Shown: positions 20,146 to 30,460 of the stretch, piece after piece
Layout: each line of letters opens with the position of its first letter
How positions within the stretch are numbered: position 1 is the stretch's first letter
Origin: an uncultured bacterium
Lineage (GTDB): Bacteria; Patescibacteriota; Minisyncoccia; UBA6257; 2-01-FULL-56-20
Assembly (NCBI GenBank): GCA_963719425.1
Contig: OY970382.1
Span: 71,888-135,887, forward strand
Direction: 5' to 3'
Length of the DNA: 64,000 nt
The notes under the pieces: generated by a model
Seen by the model: the letters and a program-made list of their open reading frames with translations, nothing else
Database searches by the model: none
Told to the model about the DNA's origin: nothing
Program-made: the position numbers and the translations under genes

Positions 20146-20910
20146 ATGGAGTGGCTCGTATACCTAGCGGTCATCATCGTCATCATTCTTCTCGCGGGGA
20201 TCAAGGTGATAAAAGAATATCAGCGGGCGGTCGTCTTCCGCTTGGGTCGCCTTGTGGGCGCGCGCGGCCCTGGCCTGATTTACATCCTCCCGATTTTTGA
20301 AAAGATGGTGCGGGTCGGCCTTCGCACCGTCACCATGAACATCCCGTCGCAGAAGATCATCACGAAGGACAACGTTTCCATAGACATCGCGGCGGTGGCG
20401 TACTACCACGTGGTGGACGCTAAAAAATCCGTGGTCGCGATTGAAAACGTCCACGACGCGGTGAACCAGATCAGCCAAACGACGGTGAGGAACGTCGTCG
20501 GCCAGTTCATGCTTGACCAATTTTTATCGCAGACGGTTGATATCAATGAAAAGATAAAAAATGTGATTGACGTCCATACGGAGCCGTGGGGCATCCAGGT
20601 GACCGCAGTTGAGATCAAGGACGTTATCCTGCCCGAGAACATGCAGCGGGCGATGGCGAAGGAGGCCGAGGCCGAACGCGAGCGGCGGGCGAAGATCGTC
20701 GCCGCGCAGGGCGAATTCCAAGCGGCTGAAAAATTGGGGCAAGCGGCCGAAATCATTGCCGCGCACCCCGTCGCCCTCCAGCTCCGCACGCTCCAAACGA
20801 TGGCGGAGATCGCCACCGAAAAAAACTCCACGATCATTTTCCCGGCACAGTTCATGACGACGGTCAAAGAAGCCCTCGAGACGCTTCAACAGGATAAGAA
20901 GAATAAGTGA
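20146..20910 (+). CDS. SPFH/slipin (stomatin-like) protein
   Basis: EYQRAVVFRLGR..GARGPGL; ITKDNV; EPWGI.VT.VEIKD; EAERERRAK. Confidence 0.93.
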   Translation: MEWLVYLAVIIVIILLAGIKVIKEYQRAVVFRLGRLVGARGPGLIYILPIFEKMVRVGLRTVTMNIPSQKIITKDNVSIDIAAVAYYHVVDAKKSVVAIENVHDAVNQISQTTVRNVVGQFMLDQFLSQTVDINEKIKNVIDVHTEPWGIQVTAVEIKDVILPENMQRAMAKEAEAERERRAKIVAAQGEFQAAEKLGQAAEIIAAHPVALQLRTLQTMAEIATEKNSTIIFPAQFMTTVKEALETLQQDKKNK

Positions 20911-21068
20911 AAGATGCTCCATAAAGTAAAGGCCGGGGATTCAATGCAACCCATAAAAAACGCAAATAAAATCACTTTGGATTTAGCAGGATCGCACGCA
21001 TGCGCGGCTTAGTCGACTGGCGCGGCGCGGACAATAAATCTTGTTTCTGCTAAAAACAAACAAAACAA

Positions 21069-22593
21069 ATGAAAAAAATTATTTCGGTCGGTTCTGTTTT
21101 AGTCCTTAGTGTGGGGCTTTTAGTTAGTGTTGCGCACGCGGCGACAATTTGTACTCCAATAACTGGAGGTGGAACGAAAACTGACACGATAGGAACGGGT
21201 GCGGCAAGTGTAGCTGGCAATAATTTAGATGCAGTTTATGGTCTGATTACTGCTTCCGCTTCTGGAGCGTTGCAGTCAATAGGAATTGATATGGTGGCTG
21301 GGAGGCAGTGGAGATGTAGCGGTTGCCCTTTATTCCGACGTTAGTGGAGCTCCTGGAGCTATACTTGCTCAAAGTGCGAGTGTTCCTACCACTTCTGGCT
21401 GGCAGGAGATTCCCATCACTGGTGCGAGCATTGTTGCAGGAACAAGCTATTACTTGGCAGAGGAGTTCAGTAGTTCCGCTGATACGTGGTATTACATAGC
21501 TACACCTAACGCTTGGTATTATCCTTATACTACTTTTGGGACTTTCCCGACGAGTGTCACTTGGGTTTCCAACACCAACATCATTGAGACGAGCATGACC
21601 TACACGACCGGAGCGACGCCGGTCGATTGGGGTGCTGTCCCTGTAACAAATGCTGCGGTCGTTGCAACGACGGGGCAAACGATAACCGGTCCGATTGACG
21701 CGACCGGATGCGACGTCGGAGTTTACGTAGGCCCTGCCGTTTCGGGAGTAACCGTCACCGCAAAGGTAAGTAATGCACATTATGTGGGGATATACGTAGA
21801 CGGTGGCAATGCAAATGTAACCGGTTCAACGGTCTCCAACGTCGGTGATAACCCCTTTGACGGAATGCAGTATGGCTGGGGCATAGCGTACGTAAACAAT
21901 GGTAGTAATGGAGCGACAGGGAAGGTGACCAACACCCGCGTCAGTTCTTATCAAAAGGCAGGAATAGTAGTCTTGGGCCAAGACACCAACGTGACCCTTT
22001 CTGGCGATACGGTAACCGGCAATGGACCAGTACCGTATATAGCGCAGAACGGCGTAGAGTTCGATTCTGGGGCCAACGGCTCTATAACGAACAGCCAGGT
22101 AAGCGGGGACAGCTGTACCCTCCCAGGAACTTGTGGAGAAGATTACTTTGCCACCACCCAGTCAGTTGGCATATTGTTAGATGATGCGGCGTCTGGCGTG
22201 GTAGTCTCAAACAATAAAGTGTCGTCGAGCGACATAGGAGTATGGGCGGGATACGACAGCCAGTATGGCTCGTCAGAACCGGAAAGTGTAAGTAACAATA
22301 CCCTTCAGAACAACTATGGCTATGGGCTTCTCTTTGACAGTGTCAACGGGACAAGCACGAACAACTACTTCCAGAACAATCCGGTGGGACTGCTCGTGAC
22401 AGACTATTCGGCTAATTCCTATGTGACGAGCATCAATGATCAGTTCATGAATAATAAGGTGAACAACGAGGCACTTCAGATGCCGGGATCCTCATTTAAT
22501 GAGAATCTTGTCGTTGAGACCAGTGCTTGGCCGATGCATTTCCCGTTTCCCGGACCGCACGGACCGCACGGACCGCACTTCCCTAAGTGGTAA
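21069..22593 (+). pseudogene. Secreted protein (beta-sandwich plus right-handed beta-helix) split by a +1 frameshift near 21300
   Basis: Signal-peptide ORF 21069 (...SIGIDMVAG) joins the 21286-22593 frame (GGSGDVAVALYSD...) if one G is removed from gctgggaggc. Confidence 0.7.
22552..22578 (+). repeat. 9-bp tandem repeat (ggaccgcac)x3 encoding GPH-GPH-GPH
   Basis: Read directly from the sequence. Confidence 0.9.
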
Positions 22594-22694
22594 CGACCCG
22601 GATTCCCGTGACTTCATAAAAGGGCAGCTGCGTCAATGACCCGGCGGGACGACCGCGGATGCTCAGTTTGCGCGCCGGTGTTACAATAAGTGCA

Positions 22695-23294
22695 ATGAAA
22701 AGGGCCATCATTGTGCATTGTTGGGAAGGATATCCGGAGTATTGTTGGTATCCGTGGGTGCAGCATCAACTTGAAGCAAAGGAATTTTTGGTGCAGGTCC
22801 CTGCTTTTCCGGAGACAGAAACTCCCCAGCAGGCAAAATGGGTTCCCTTCCTCGCGGAAAAAGTGGACAAGCCCGACGACGATCTGTTCCTTGTGGGTCA
22901 TAGCGTGGGATGCATCACCATTCTCCGATATCTTGAAACACTCAAGGAGGGTGAACGGGTAGGGGGCGTGGTCTTGGTCGCGGGATATACGGACGACCTC
23001 GGCTACAAGGAACTCAGTAATTTTTTCCAAGCCCCGCTTGACTTCCGGAAGATCAAATCCAGATCAAAGTGCGGTTTCGTTGCCATCCATTCCGATGATG
23101 ATCTGTATGTTGATCTCAAATTCGCCGCTGTTTTTAAAAAAGAACTCGGCGCCGAAGTGATTGTCAAGCATGCGATGGGACATTTCTCCGGTCCGATTGG
23201 AAAAGAAGGGTCGTGCACGGAACTTCCGGACGTCGTTCGGTCTATAGAAAGATTATCCGACGCGCGCTTCAAGCACGCGATGGCCAGCCCTTAG
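22695..23294 (+). CDS. RBBP9/YdeN-family alpha/beta hydrolase
   Basis: WYPW, LVGHSVG nucleophile elbow, HSDDD, GHF. Confidence 0.9.
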   Translation: MKRAIIVHCWEGYPEYCWYPWVQHQLEAKEFLVQVPAFPETETPQQAKWVPFLAEKVDKPDDDLFLVGHSVGCITILRYLETLKEGERVGGVVLVAGYTDDLGYKELSNFFQAPLDFRKIKSRSKCGFVAIHSDDDLYVDLKFAAVFKKELGAEVIVKHAMGHFSGPIGKEGSCTELPDVVRSIERLSDARFKHAMASP

Positions 23295-23314
23295 TGTTAG
23301 AATTTAAACAACCC

Positions 23315-24460
23315 ATGTTTAAAAACCCTCTGAGGGGCGTTTACATAATGAACGCAATCTATGGTCTCGCAGGGTCTTTCGTGGGAATTTTTATACCGAT
23401 ATATCTGCTTCGAAAAAACCTGAATCCCGCCAACGTTTTCGGTTTCTATCTGGTCTACACCGTCGGCATTCTTATCTTCTTCTTTCTTGCCAATCATATC
23501 GTCCGCGCGCTTGGTCTCCGGAAGACCGTGCTCCTCGGCTATCCATTCCTCTTTTTATATTTCTTTCTGCTGTATACGCTCGACCAATATGGCACTCCGC
23601 TTTATGTCCTCGCTATCATAAATGCCTTTCAGACGTCACTCTATTGGTTTCCTCTTCACATGTGGCTTACGAATACCTCGCGCGAAGGAAGCATTGGAAA
23701 TGATCTAGGAAAATTCTTCGCGGCTTCACAAATAGTTGGACTGTTTGCGCCGGCCATCGCAGCATTTATCGTTCTTTTCTTGGGGTTCAAGGCGCTCTTT
23801 ATCTTTGCCGGCGTAATTTATCTCATATCGGCAATCCCTATGTTCTATTTGCCGGAATTCCCGTTCAAGGAAAAAATCCGAATGGACAGATTCATAATGT
23901 TATTGAAAGAATATCCGCATTATATTGTTGCAGAGATCTTTGAGAATATACGGGAAGATGCAGAAGCCATAATCTGGCCTGTCTTTATTTATTTAAGCTT
24001 CCGAAATATTCTTTCAATCGGTTACATCGGGACCATAAGCGGTGTGGGCAGCATTTTATTCATATGGCTCGTCGGAAAATATACCGATAAAATAGATAAG
24101 CGAAAACTGCTTGGTGTCGGTGCGATTATCATGGTTATTACCTGGATTCTTCGGTTATTCGCATATACTCCGCTTTCAGCCTATGTGCTCACTCTTGTCG
24201 CGGCGTTCTTTGCGGCACTTATCCTTATCCCTATCAACACTATCGTATACGGCGTAGCAAAGCGTGAAGGCGCTCCCACCTTTATCCTCTTTCGAGAATT
24301 CGGCGTCACGCTTGGGCGACTTCTTCTTTATCTCTTTGCCTTTTTAGTGCTCTCCTCCATAAACTACATATTCGTATTCACCGCAATAGCGTGCTTCGGT
24401 TTGTTTTACCTTTCACGAAAAAATCTGGAAAGGCCGGAACTGACTGTTATCACACCATGA
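23315..24460 (+). CDS. MFS transporter
   Basis: About 12 hydrophobic helices; GKYTDKIDKR motif-A-like loop. Confidence 0.85.
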   Translation: MFKNPLRGVYIMNAIYGLAGSFVGIFIPIYLLRKNLNPANVFGFYLVYTVGILIFFFLANHIVRALGLRKTVLLGYPFLFLYFFLLYTLDQYGTPLYVLAIINAFQTSLYWFPLHMWLTNTSREGSIGNDLGKFFAASQIVGLFAPAIAAFIVLFLGFKALFIFAGVIYLISAIPMFYLPEFPFKEKIRMDRFIMLLKEYPHYIVAEIFENIREDAEAIIWPVFIYLSFRNILSIGYIGTISGVGSILFIWLVGKYTDKIDKRKLLGVGAIIMVITWILRLFAYTPLSAYVLTLVAAFFAALILIPINTIVYGVAKREGAPTFILFREFGVTLGRLLLYLFAFLVLSSINYIFVFTAIACFGLFYLSRKNLERPELTVITP

Positions 24461-24903
24461 AGATAAAAGACCGCTTCCGGCCGTTCGCAGCCGTATATGT
24501 ATTGTTCGTGAGGAACGACAAAATTTTAATGGCGCGCCGCGCCCATACTGGTTATCAGGATGGAATGTACAGCCTGCCGGCAGGCCATATTGACGGCAAT
24601 GAAACATTAAGAGCCGCGGCAGTACGTGAAGCCCGCGAGGAAACGGGAGCCACGATTGCCCAAAGAGACCTTGAACTAAAGCTCACCATGCACCGGATTC
24701 ATGACCGGGAATATCTTGACGTTTTCTTTCTTGTGAAAAAATGGCGCGGCACGATGCGGAACCGCGAACCGCACAAGTGCGACGATTTGAGTTGGTTTCC
24801 ACTCAACGCTATTCCTAAAAATACCATTCCCTACGTCCGCGAGGCGATCAGGTGCTATCGGAAGGGGATCCGGTATTCGGAATTCGGATGGGCAGGGCGG
24901 TAG
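24457..24903 (+). CDS. NUDIX hydrolase
   Basis: LPAGHIDGNETLRAAAVREAREETG Nudix box; N.EPHKC. Confidence 0.93.
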   Translation: MKIKDRFRPFAAVYVLFVRNDKILMARRAHTGYQDGMYSLPAGHIDGNETLRAAAVREAREETGATIAQRDLELKLTMHRIHDREYLDVFFLVKKWRGTMRNREPHKCDDLSWFPLNAIPKNTIPYVREAIRCYRKGIRYSEFGWAGR

Positions 24904-24919
24904 GGGCGGGTACCGCGCG

Positions 24920-27208
24920 CTAAGCCGTTATGGCCGTTTCGGCGGGAGCGTCCTCAATTTCGCACACGCCGCCCACGCACGCGAGTTCTTTTTTCACATC
25001 GGTCATGTCTTCCCGTTCATAGAGGATGATCTGTGAGAAATCGAGCGCGGGCATTTTGGCGAGCATCTCCTCGTAGCGTTCCTTTGTGATTTCCTCGTAG
25101 GGCGCGAGGAGATATGCGTGGTCCTCGCGCGGAAGGAAGGAGACGCCGCCAATGATATCCCAGTTCTCGTAAACCCAATCCGCGACGCCAATCCATTCGT
25201 TTTCGCCCACGGAAATCGTGACCGAAGGATTATGTTCGGTGTAGTTCGTTTTCACCTTCTTCCAGTACTCAAGCTGATCGAGCGCCGTGAGATCGTTTTT
25301 TGTCAGCGCGCCCTCGGGGGCCTTCACGGGGAATTCCACCACATAGAGATTCGCCGAGGAAAGCGACTGGCCCACCTCGGGGAAGTAGTGCACCTTTTGG
25401 TCCTTCATCATCTGGAAAAGCGCGTCGGACGCCGCGATGCGCACGCGGCGGATGTAGTACTTTGCATGGCGCGCGTGAAGTCCCGAAGAGGAATCCACCG
25501 TTTGTGAGAGATTGCCGGACGGCTTCACGCAGGTGGTTGCCATGGAAGGATTGATGCCGAAGCGCTTGGCGTACTCGGCGTTCACCTGAATCGCGCAGTC
25601 GCGGAGTTTCCGGAACACATTTTCGTCGCGTACCGCGGCACAATCCCATTGGCCGGTCACGGAAACGCCCAAAAGCCGTTCGCGCTCGCAATTTTGCTTC
25701 CATTCTTTGGAAAGATAGGGGAAATTGGTGAGCGTGGATTGGTAGGTACCCAGAATGGTCGCGAGCCGCATCTTTTTAAGCAAGGTTTCTTCGGTATCCT
25801 CGGCGCGGGCCACGACCTCGGAGAGGTTGCAGAATTCCTTCGGCTGGAGGATGATTTCGCCGCACGGATTCGTGCCCAACCGGTTGATCTCTTCTTTCAG
25901 GAATTTCTTGCGGCGTTCGGGAAGCTGGAAGACCATACCGCCGCGATTGAAGATGCCCCGCTCGCCCGTGCCGCTCTTTGCAAGCGAGAGCCATTCCTCA
26001 AGGAATTGCGTGGAATTCGGCCTCTCGGTATAGACCGCGGAGTTGTTCGCCATGGAGCGCTGAGGTTCCGTGATCCAGAACTGTCCCGTCTTCGCTTGCC
26101 GCATTTCCGGATCGTCAAGGTCAGAGAGGGAGATCGTGGCGCTCCGGCGCACGCCGCCCGCGACGACGATCTCGCCGATCTTGCAGCAGATATCGTGCAC
26201 GTCAATATTGGAAAGCCGCCGTCCCTGCTTCGCAAGAATCTTTCTTCGTGCGAAAGAGAGCAATGCGCGCAAGGGTTCGGGACCCGAGCTTTTGCCGCCC
26301 ATCGTTTTCAAGCGTGCACCCGCAGGACGCAATTGCGAAAAATCAAACTCAATGTCCTTGCCGTCAAACCAGGTTTTGAGCCCTAAGGTGAGTGCGTTGC
26401 ACCATCCTTCTTTGCTGTCGTCGATCACATGCGCCGGCAATTTCTTCCCGGTTTGCTTTTTGATCTGCGGAAGTTTTTGTACGTTCTGGCTCTCCACGTT
26501 GAAGCCCACGCCCGTGCCGCACATGGAGATGTACATCATCTCGGCGAAGTCCTCCGATTTCTGCGGCGCGAGATACGAGCAATTGAATGCGGCGACGTTC
26601 GTGGAACGGGCTGCGACGCCTGCGAACTGCAAAAGCCGCATGGATGGCATCGCCTCCTGTTTCAAAATTCCTTCGCGGACTTCCGCGTACTCGGCATCGG
26701 TGAGTTTCCCGCCGAGATTTTCTTTCATAAAACTCACATAACGGTCCACCGTCTCTATCCACGTTTCGCGGCGGCCCTCTTCAGGGATCCACTTGGAATA
26801 CGTCCGATAGTACACGAACTCGGCGAGCTGGTTCCTGAAATATTGCTTGCTCTCTTCGGCAAGTTTTCGCACGCGCTCCGGGATCTCGCGTTTCATCTCG
26901 CGGATCTGCGCGCGGTCGGCGCGGTACAAAATATACGCCTTCGCGGTCTTTGAGTAGTCCATGAGGATGAGCTGCGTCTCCACAGTGTCCTGGACCTCCT
27001 CAATCGTGGGAATATGCTCTTTCGGAAACTTTTTTTCAAGCGTAGCAACCACTTGTTCCGAAACTTTCTCCGCGTCTTCCTTTGATTTTGCCTCCCCGGT
27101 CACGTTCATCGCTTTCGCGATGGCGTTCGTGATTTTATCTTGGTCAAATGGCACGATGCGCCCGTCCCTTTTTCTTACTTCCCCGAAGTGGTGTTTTCCG
27201 AAGATCAT
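24920..27208 (-). CDS. nrdJ: Class II (B12-dependent) ribonucleoside-triphosphate reductase with N-terminal ATP cone
   Basis: VRKRDG ATP cone; YYRTYS, FNCSY, GGVRRSA, NPCGEI, TCVKPSG and a C-terminal CVGGVC. Confidence 0.9.
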   Translation of the reverse strand: MIFGKHHFGEVRKRDGRIVPFDQDKITNAIAKAMNVTGEAKSKEDAEKVSEQVVATLEKKFPKEHIPTIEEVQDTVETQLILMDYSKTAKAYILYRADRAQIREMKREIPERVRKLAEESKQYFRNQLAEFVYYRTYSKWIPEEGRRETWIETVDRYVSFMKENLGGKLTDAEYAEVREGILKQEAMPSMRLLQFAGVAARSTNVAAFNCSYLAPQKSEDFAEMMYISMCGTGVGFNVESQNVQKLPQIKKQTGKKLPAHVIDDSKEGWCNALTLGLKTWFDGKDIEFDFSQLRPAGARLKTMGGKSSGPEPLRALLSFARRKILAKQGRRLSNIDVHDICCKIGEIVVAGGVRRSATISLSDLDDPEMRQAKTGQFWITEPQRSMANNSAVYTERPNSTQFLEEWLSLAKSGTGERGIFNRGGMVFQLPERRKKFLKEEINRLGTNPCGEIILQPKEFCNLSEVVARAEDTEETLLKKMRLATILGTYQSTLTNFPYLSKEWKQNCERERLLGVSVTGQWDCAAVRDENVFRKLRDCAIQVNAEYAKRFGINPSMATTCVKPSGNLSQTVDSSSGLHARHAKYYIRRVRIAASDALFQMMKDQKVHYFPEVGQSLSSANLYVVEFPVKAPEGALTKNDLTALDQLEYWKKVKTNYTEHNPSVTISVGENEWIGVADWVYENWDIIGGVSFLPREDHAYLLAPYEEITKERYEEMLAKMPALDFSQIILYEREDMTDVKKELACVGGVCEIEDAPAETAITA

Positions 27209-27305
27209 TGATAAAAAATTAATGAATATTTAATTTCGACGTAAACCCATTGTACCACCACCCCCTGTCAAAGGGGAGGTGTGGATAGTAATTCTTTCAT
27301 CAACT

Positions 27306-28619
27306 TTATGATGGAAAGTCAAATTGTGTGAGTTTGCTCGCAGAATCTATGAGATAGAAAATATTTTCCTGCGATTTGTAAAGGGGAGAGGTCCCTTTTG
27401 CGACGGCGACAAAGTTGCGGAGGCCAAGGTCGTCAAGGTCTAGGAAAGAAACGGAATCGGGATACACGACGAAAAGATGATTCATATCCTTATACCAGAT
27501 CGTGCGGGTGGCGTCCTTTACGTCGGGGAGGTTGAACCGATGGTAGGTTTGCGCATCTGTGAGCGGGAGCACTTCCAAGCTCCTCTCTTCCAAAGCCGCG
27601 ATCGCCGAACCGTCGTCTGCGACCGAAAATGTTTTCACGGAGTCCGCTAATTTTTGGAACGTCGCGGCGTTACTGTCGTAAAGGTAGAGTGCACCGTCAT
27701 TTTGAAGGACGGCGAGAAGGCTTGGGGTTGCCCACGCGAGTGCGAGGGTCTTTCCGGGAACGGTCAATGCACTTTTCGTCATCGTTTTTGTGAATTTGTC
27801 GTAGAGAACGACGCTCGTCACGTCGGAAGCGTTTCTGAATCTTGTCCAGGCGATGAAGGAGGGGGAAGGCGCCGGCGATGCGGTTCCCAAGACGGCACCG
27901 GAGGGCACCTGCTCGATCATGGATGATGACGCGAGCGCCGCGTCAAAGATCCATATCCGGCGGTCGCCTGCGGCAATTACCTTGGTTGCGTCGGACGGAT
28001 CAATCGCGATGCTTGTGATCGCGCCCGTGAAGAATGCCGAAAGATTGGTGGAGGTACCATTGTCAAAATCATAGAGGAGGTACGCGCCAGTCCTTGTGCT
28101 TTTGAAAATAATATTTTTGAAATTTTCGCTTTCGCTCGCGAGTTCTCCATGGCCGATCGTATTGCCGCGCCAGACGATGGTGTCGCTCGCCGTCTCTGAA
28201 ATAAGTTCCCCCGTCGCGACAAAAAAATTTTTGAGGGAGGTCACCGAAGTGGTTGCGGGCGCATCAGGAACGAGGACCGCATACTTGAGTGCGGCGACGA
28301 GCGAAGGAAGCACTTCGGCATCCTCGTGCCAGTCAAGATAGCCGCCCTCTTTGAGTGTTAAGGAATAGTTGCGCGGGAAGAGTTCGGGAATGAACGTGCC
28401 GCGGGAAAGAAATCCCGACTGGTTCGGGACCGGCTCGCCGTTCAAAAAAATGCTGGCATCTCGCGGAAAGGATTGCACGTAGATCGCACCGACTTTTTCC
28501 GCGCGCCACAGCGCGAAATCAAATCGCCATCCTTGGGCGTAGAGCACGACGCCCACACCGAGGATAATAAAGAGCGCCACCAGGGCGTAAAATATGATTC
28601 TTCGCGTCTTTTTCGTCAT
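27306..28619 (-). CDS. PEGA-domain membrane-anchored protein
   Basis: N-terminal TM then YAQGWRFD...GAIYVQSFP.DA.IFLNG...L.P..Y.L.L...GY..W. Confidence 0.8.
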   Translation of the reverse strand: MTKKTRRIIFYALVALFIILGVGVVLYAQGWRFDFALWRAEKVGAIYVQSFPRDASIFLNGEPVPNQSGFLSRGTFIPELFPRNYSLTLKEGGYLDWHEDAEVLPSLVAALKYAVLVPDAPATTSVTSLKNFFVATGELISETASDTIVWRGNTIGHGELASESENFKNIIFKSTRTGAYLLYDFDNGTSTNLSAFFTGAITSIAIDPSDATKVIAAGDRRIWIFDAALASSSMIEQVPSGAVLGTASPAPSPSFIAWTRFRNASDVTSVVLYDKFTKTMTKSALTVPGKTLALAWATPSLLAVLQNDGALYLYDSNAATFQKLADSVKTFSVADDGSAIAALEERSLEVLPLTDAQTYHRFNLPDVKDATRTIWYKDMNHLFVVYPDSVSFLDLDDLGLRNFVAVAKGTSPLYKSQENIFYLIDSASKLTQFDFPS

Positions 28620-28713
28620 TAGGGAGGGTTGTCAATAGATTGTAGAGGAGAGCAACCTGCGCCGTCCAGGTGCGTTTGTGCACCAAACTGTAGTCGGATG
28701 GGGTATAATGATA

Positions 28714-28830
28714 GTGTCCCGCCCCAGATCTCGGATCAAATAATTATAAAAAGGGAGGGCGAATCACTGCGGTCCGTGGACCACAGTTGAGCCCACCCAC
28801 TTGGCGTGAAGCCAGAGATCAGGCGGGATA
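28714..28830 (+). ncRNA. ssrS: Putative compact 6S RNA
   Basis: Starts just after TATAAT (28704-28709). Closing stem tcccgcc..gatctc / gagatc..ggcggga, A-rich central bubble (atcaaataattataaaaa), apical stem gggagggc...gcccaccc followed by acttg; terminator follows. Confidence 0.55.
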
Positions 28831-28838
28831 AGCAAGAA

Positions 28839-28860
28839 GCCGGCACAATGCCGGCCTTTT
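28839..28860 (+). terminator. Intrinsic terminator
   Basis: gccggca-caa-tgccggc followed by ctttt. Confidence 0.7.
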
Positions 28861-28868
28861 GCTATCCC

Positions 28869-29036
28869 GCTGGTAATTTTGTTGTTCAAACCCGCTTCGA
28901 CTCGGGCACTGCGTTCACTCGCTTACGAAAATTTGACACCCTCCGCAGCAAGCACGGGGGTCCTGTCAAATTTTCTGCTCACTCGCGCAGTGCTGTTTCC
29001 TCGCCTCCGCTAGGTTCTCACAACAAAATTACCAGC
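28869..29036. repeat. 168-bp nested inverted-repeat element (REP/MITE-like)
   Basis: 17-bp TIR gctggtaattttgttgt / acaacaaaattaccagc; inner pairs gcactgcg/cgcagtgc and gaaaatttgaca/tgtcaaattttc. Confidence 0.6.
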
Positions 29037-29052
29037 ACGACAGCAAACGCCG

Positions 29053-29382
29053 TTATTGCGCGGCAAGCTGATTGATCTTGGCGGCGAGGATGAAGTCGTT
29101 TTCGGAGAGGCCGCCGATGGCGTGCGTCGTGAGTTCAAAGCGGACAAGGTTATAGAAGATGTAGATATCGGGGTGGTGCCCTTCGGATTCCGCGAGGGCT
29201 GCCACCTTGTTGATGAACGCCATCGCTTCTTTGAAATCTTTAAATTTGAATTCCCTCGTTATCTTTTTGCCGTCGGGCGAGGTCCAGCCGGGCGCGTACT
29301 TCAAATAGTTCGGCACGCGCTCGGGGTCAAGGGGCGGCATGCCGCCTTCGCACGGGATGCAATGTTTTTTAGTGAGATCCAT
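29053..29382 (-). CDS. Pterin-4-alpha-carbinolamine dehydratase
   Basis: C.PC.GG; FKDF..A..F...VA..AE.EGHHPDI; TH...GLSENDFILAAKI. Confidence 0.93.
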   Translation of the reverse strand: MDLTKKHCIPCEGGMPPLDPERVPNYLKYAPGWTSPDGKKITREFKFKDFKEAMAFINKVAALAESEGHHPDIYIFYNLVRFELTTHAIGGLSENDFILAAKINQLAAQ

Positions 29383-29492
29383 GGTTATATTAATACAATA
29401 TTTAAGTTGTAAATCAAATTTCTTGGTTTAGGGGAGTTGAACCCCTCGGATTCTGAATGTCGAATCAGTCCCGGAGTCCGCGTTCGGATTCG

Positions 29493-29520
29493 CAAAAGAC
29501 CCGAGTGATCGGGCCTTTTG
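29493..29520. terminator. Terminator hairpin downstream of the VIT1 gene
   Basis: caaaagacccga-gtga-tcgggccttttg. Confidence 0.65.
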
Positions 29521-29570
29521 TTTTTGTGGAGTGCGGGAAGGACGCCACAGAAGGTGGGTACTTATCTTAT

Positions 29571-30458
29571 TTAAAAACTCTGCGAGCCGACGTGGAACGC
29601 GGCGCCGACGGCTTTGCCCAAAAGATAGGTCGCGAGCGCGGTGCCGAGCATGAGCGAAGCCGATTCGGCGAATTCGCGTGAGAACTTTCGGTCAAAAATG
29701 ACCGCGCCATAGAAAGTAAACGCGGCGAGGAGGATGATGCCGATCGCGGCGGAGGTGATGAACGCGGTGAGCATCGTTCGGATGAGAAAGTAGGGGAGCG
29801 CGAGGCAGATCACGGAGACCATGTACGAGATGCCGGTAATGAATGCGGAGAGGATCGGCGATTTGTCCGGGTCCTGCTTCGCTTGGAGGTATGCCGCCGA
29901 GCCCATGGAGATCGCTGCGGCGAAGCCCACGATGACGCCCGAGATACCGGCGATGAGCGTGGAGCCCGTGACGCCGAGGAAGCCCGCGTGCACGCCCGTG
30001 ATCTCTACGATCGCGTCGGCGAGTCCCAGGGCCACAAACCCAACGTACGCGACGCGCTTTTCTCTCAACTGTCCGATGAACGACTGTTCGTGCGATTGTT
30101 CGTCTTCAATAATTTTCTGCAAACGCTCTTTGTGCGGAGCGGGGAGGGCCGGGAGCATCGCTCGGTACGTCGCGGTTGAATTTTTTTCGTGCGATTCCAT
30201 CCACTTTGCCGTAAAGGTGACGCCGAAGACGCTTGCAAGAAGCGGCGTGGCCCAGCGGCCGAACCAATGTGGCTTCGGATCAATGCCCGGCAGAAGCGTT
30301 TTCCAGAATTCGTAATGTGTTTTTTCGTGCGCGGAAAGTTTTTGGAGCAGCGCTTTGTTTTCCGGCTTTTTCTCGCGTCGCGCAAGCGCATGATACACGT
30401 AATGTTCCGTGATCTCATTCCGCGCGTGGGAGAGGTATCGTTCTTCGTTGTTGTTCAT
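29571..30458 (-). CDS. Rubrerythrin-like N-terminal domain fused to a VIT1/CCC1 transporter
   Basis: ExxH motifs (HEKTH, DEQSH), then LGLADAIVE.TG and GFAAAISMGSAAYL. Confidence 0.88.
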   Translation of the reverse strand: MNNNEERYLSHARNEITEHYVYHALARREKKPENKALLQKLSAHEKTHYEFWKTLLPGIDPKPHWFGRWATPLLASVFGVTFTAKWMESHEKNSTATYRAMLPALPAPHKERLQKIIEDEQSHEQSFIGQLREKRVAYVGFVALGLADAIVEITGVHAGFLGVTGSTLIAGISGVIVGFAAAISMGSAAYLQAKQDPDKSPILSAFITGISYMVSVICLALPYFLIRTMLTAFITSAAIGIILLAAFTFYGAVIFDRKFSREFAESASLMLGTALATYLLGKAVGAAFHVGSQSF

Positions 30459-30460
30459 TG

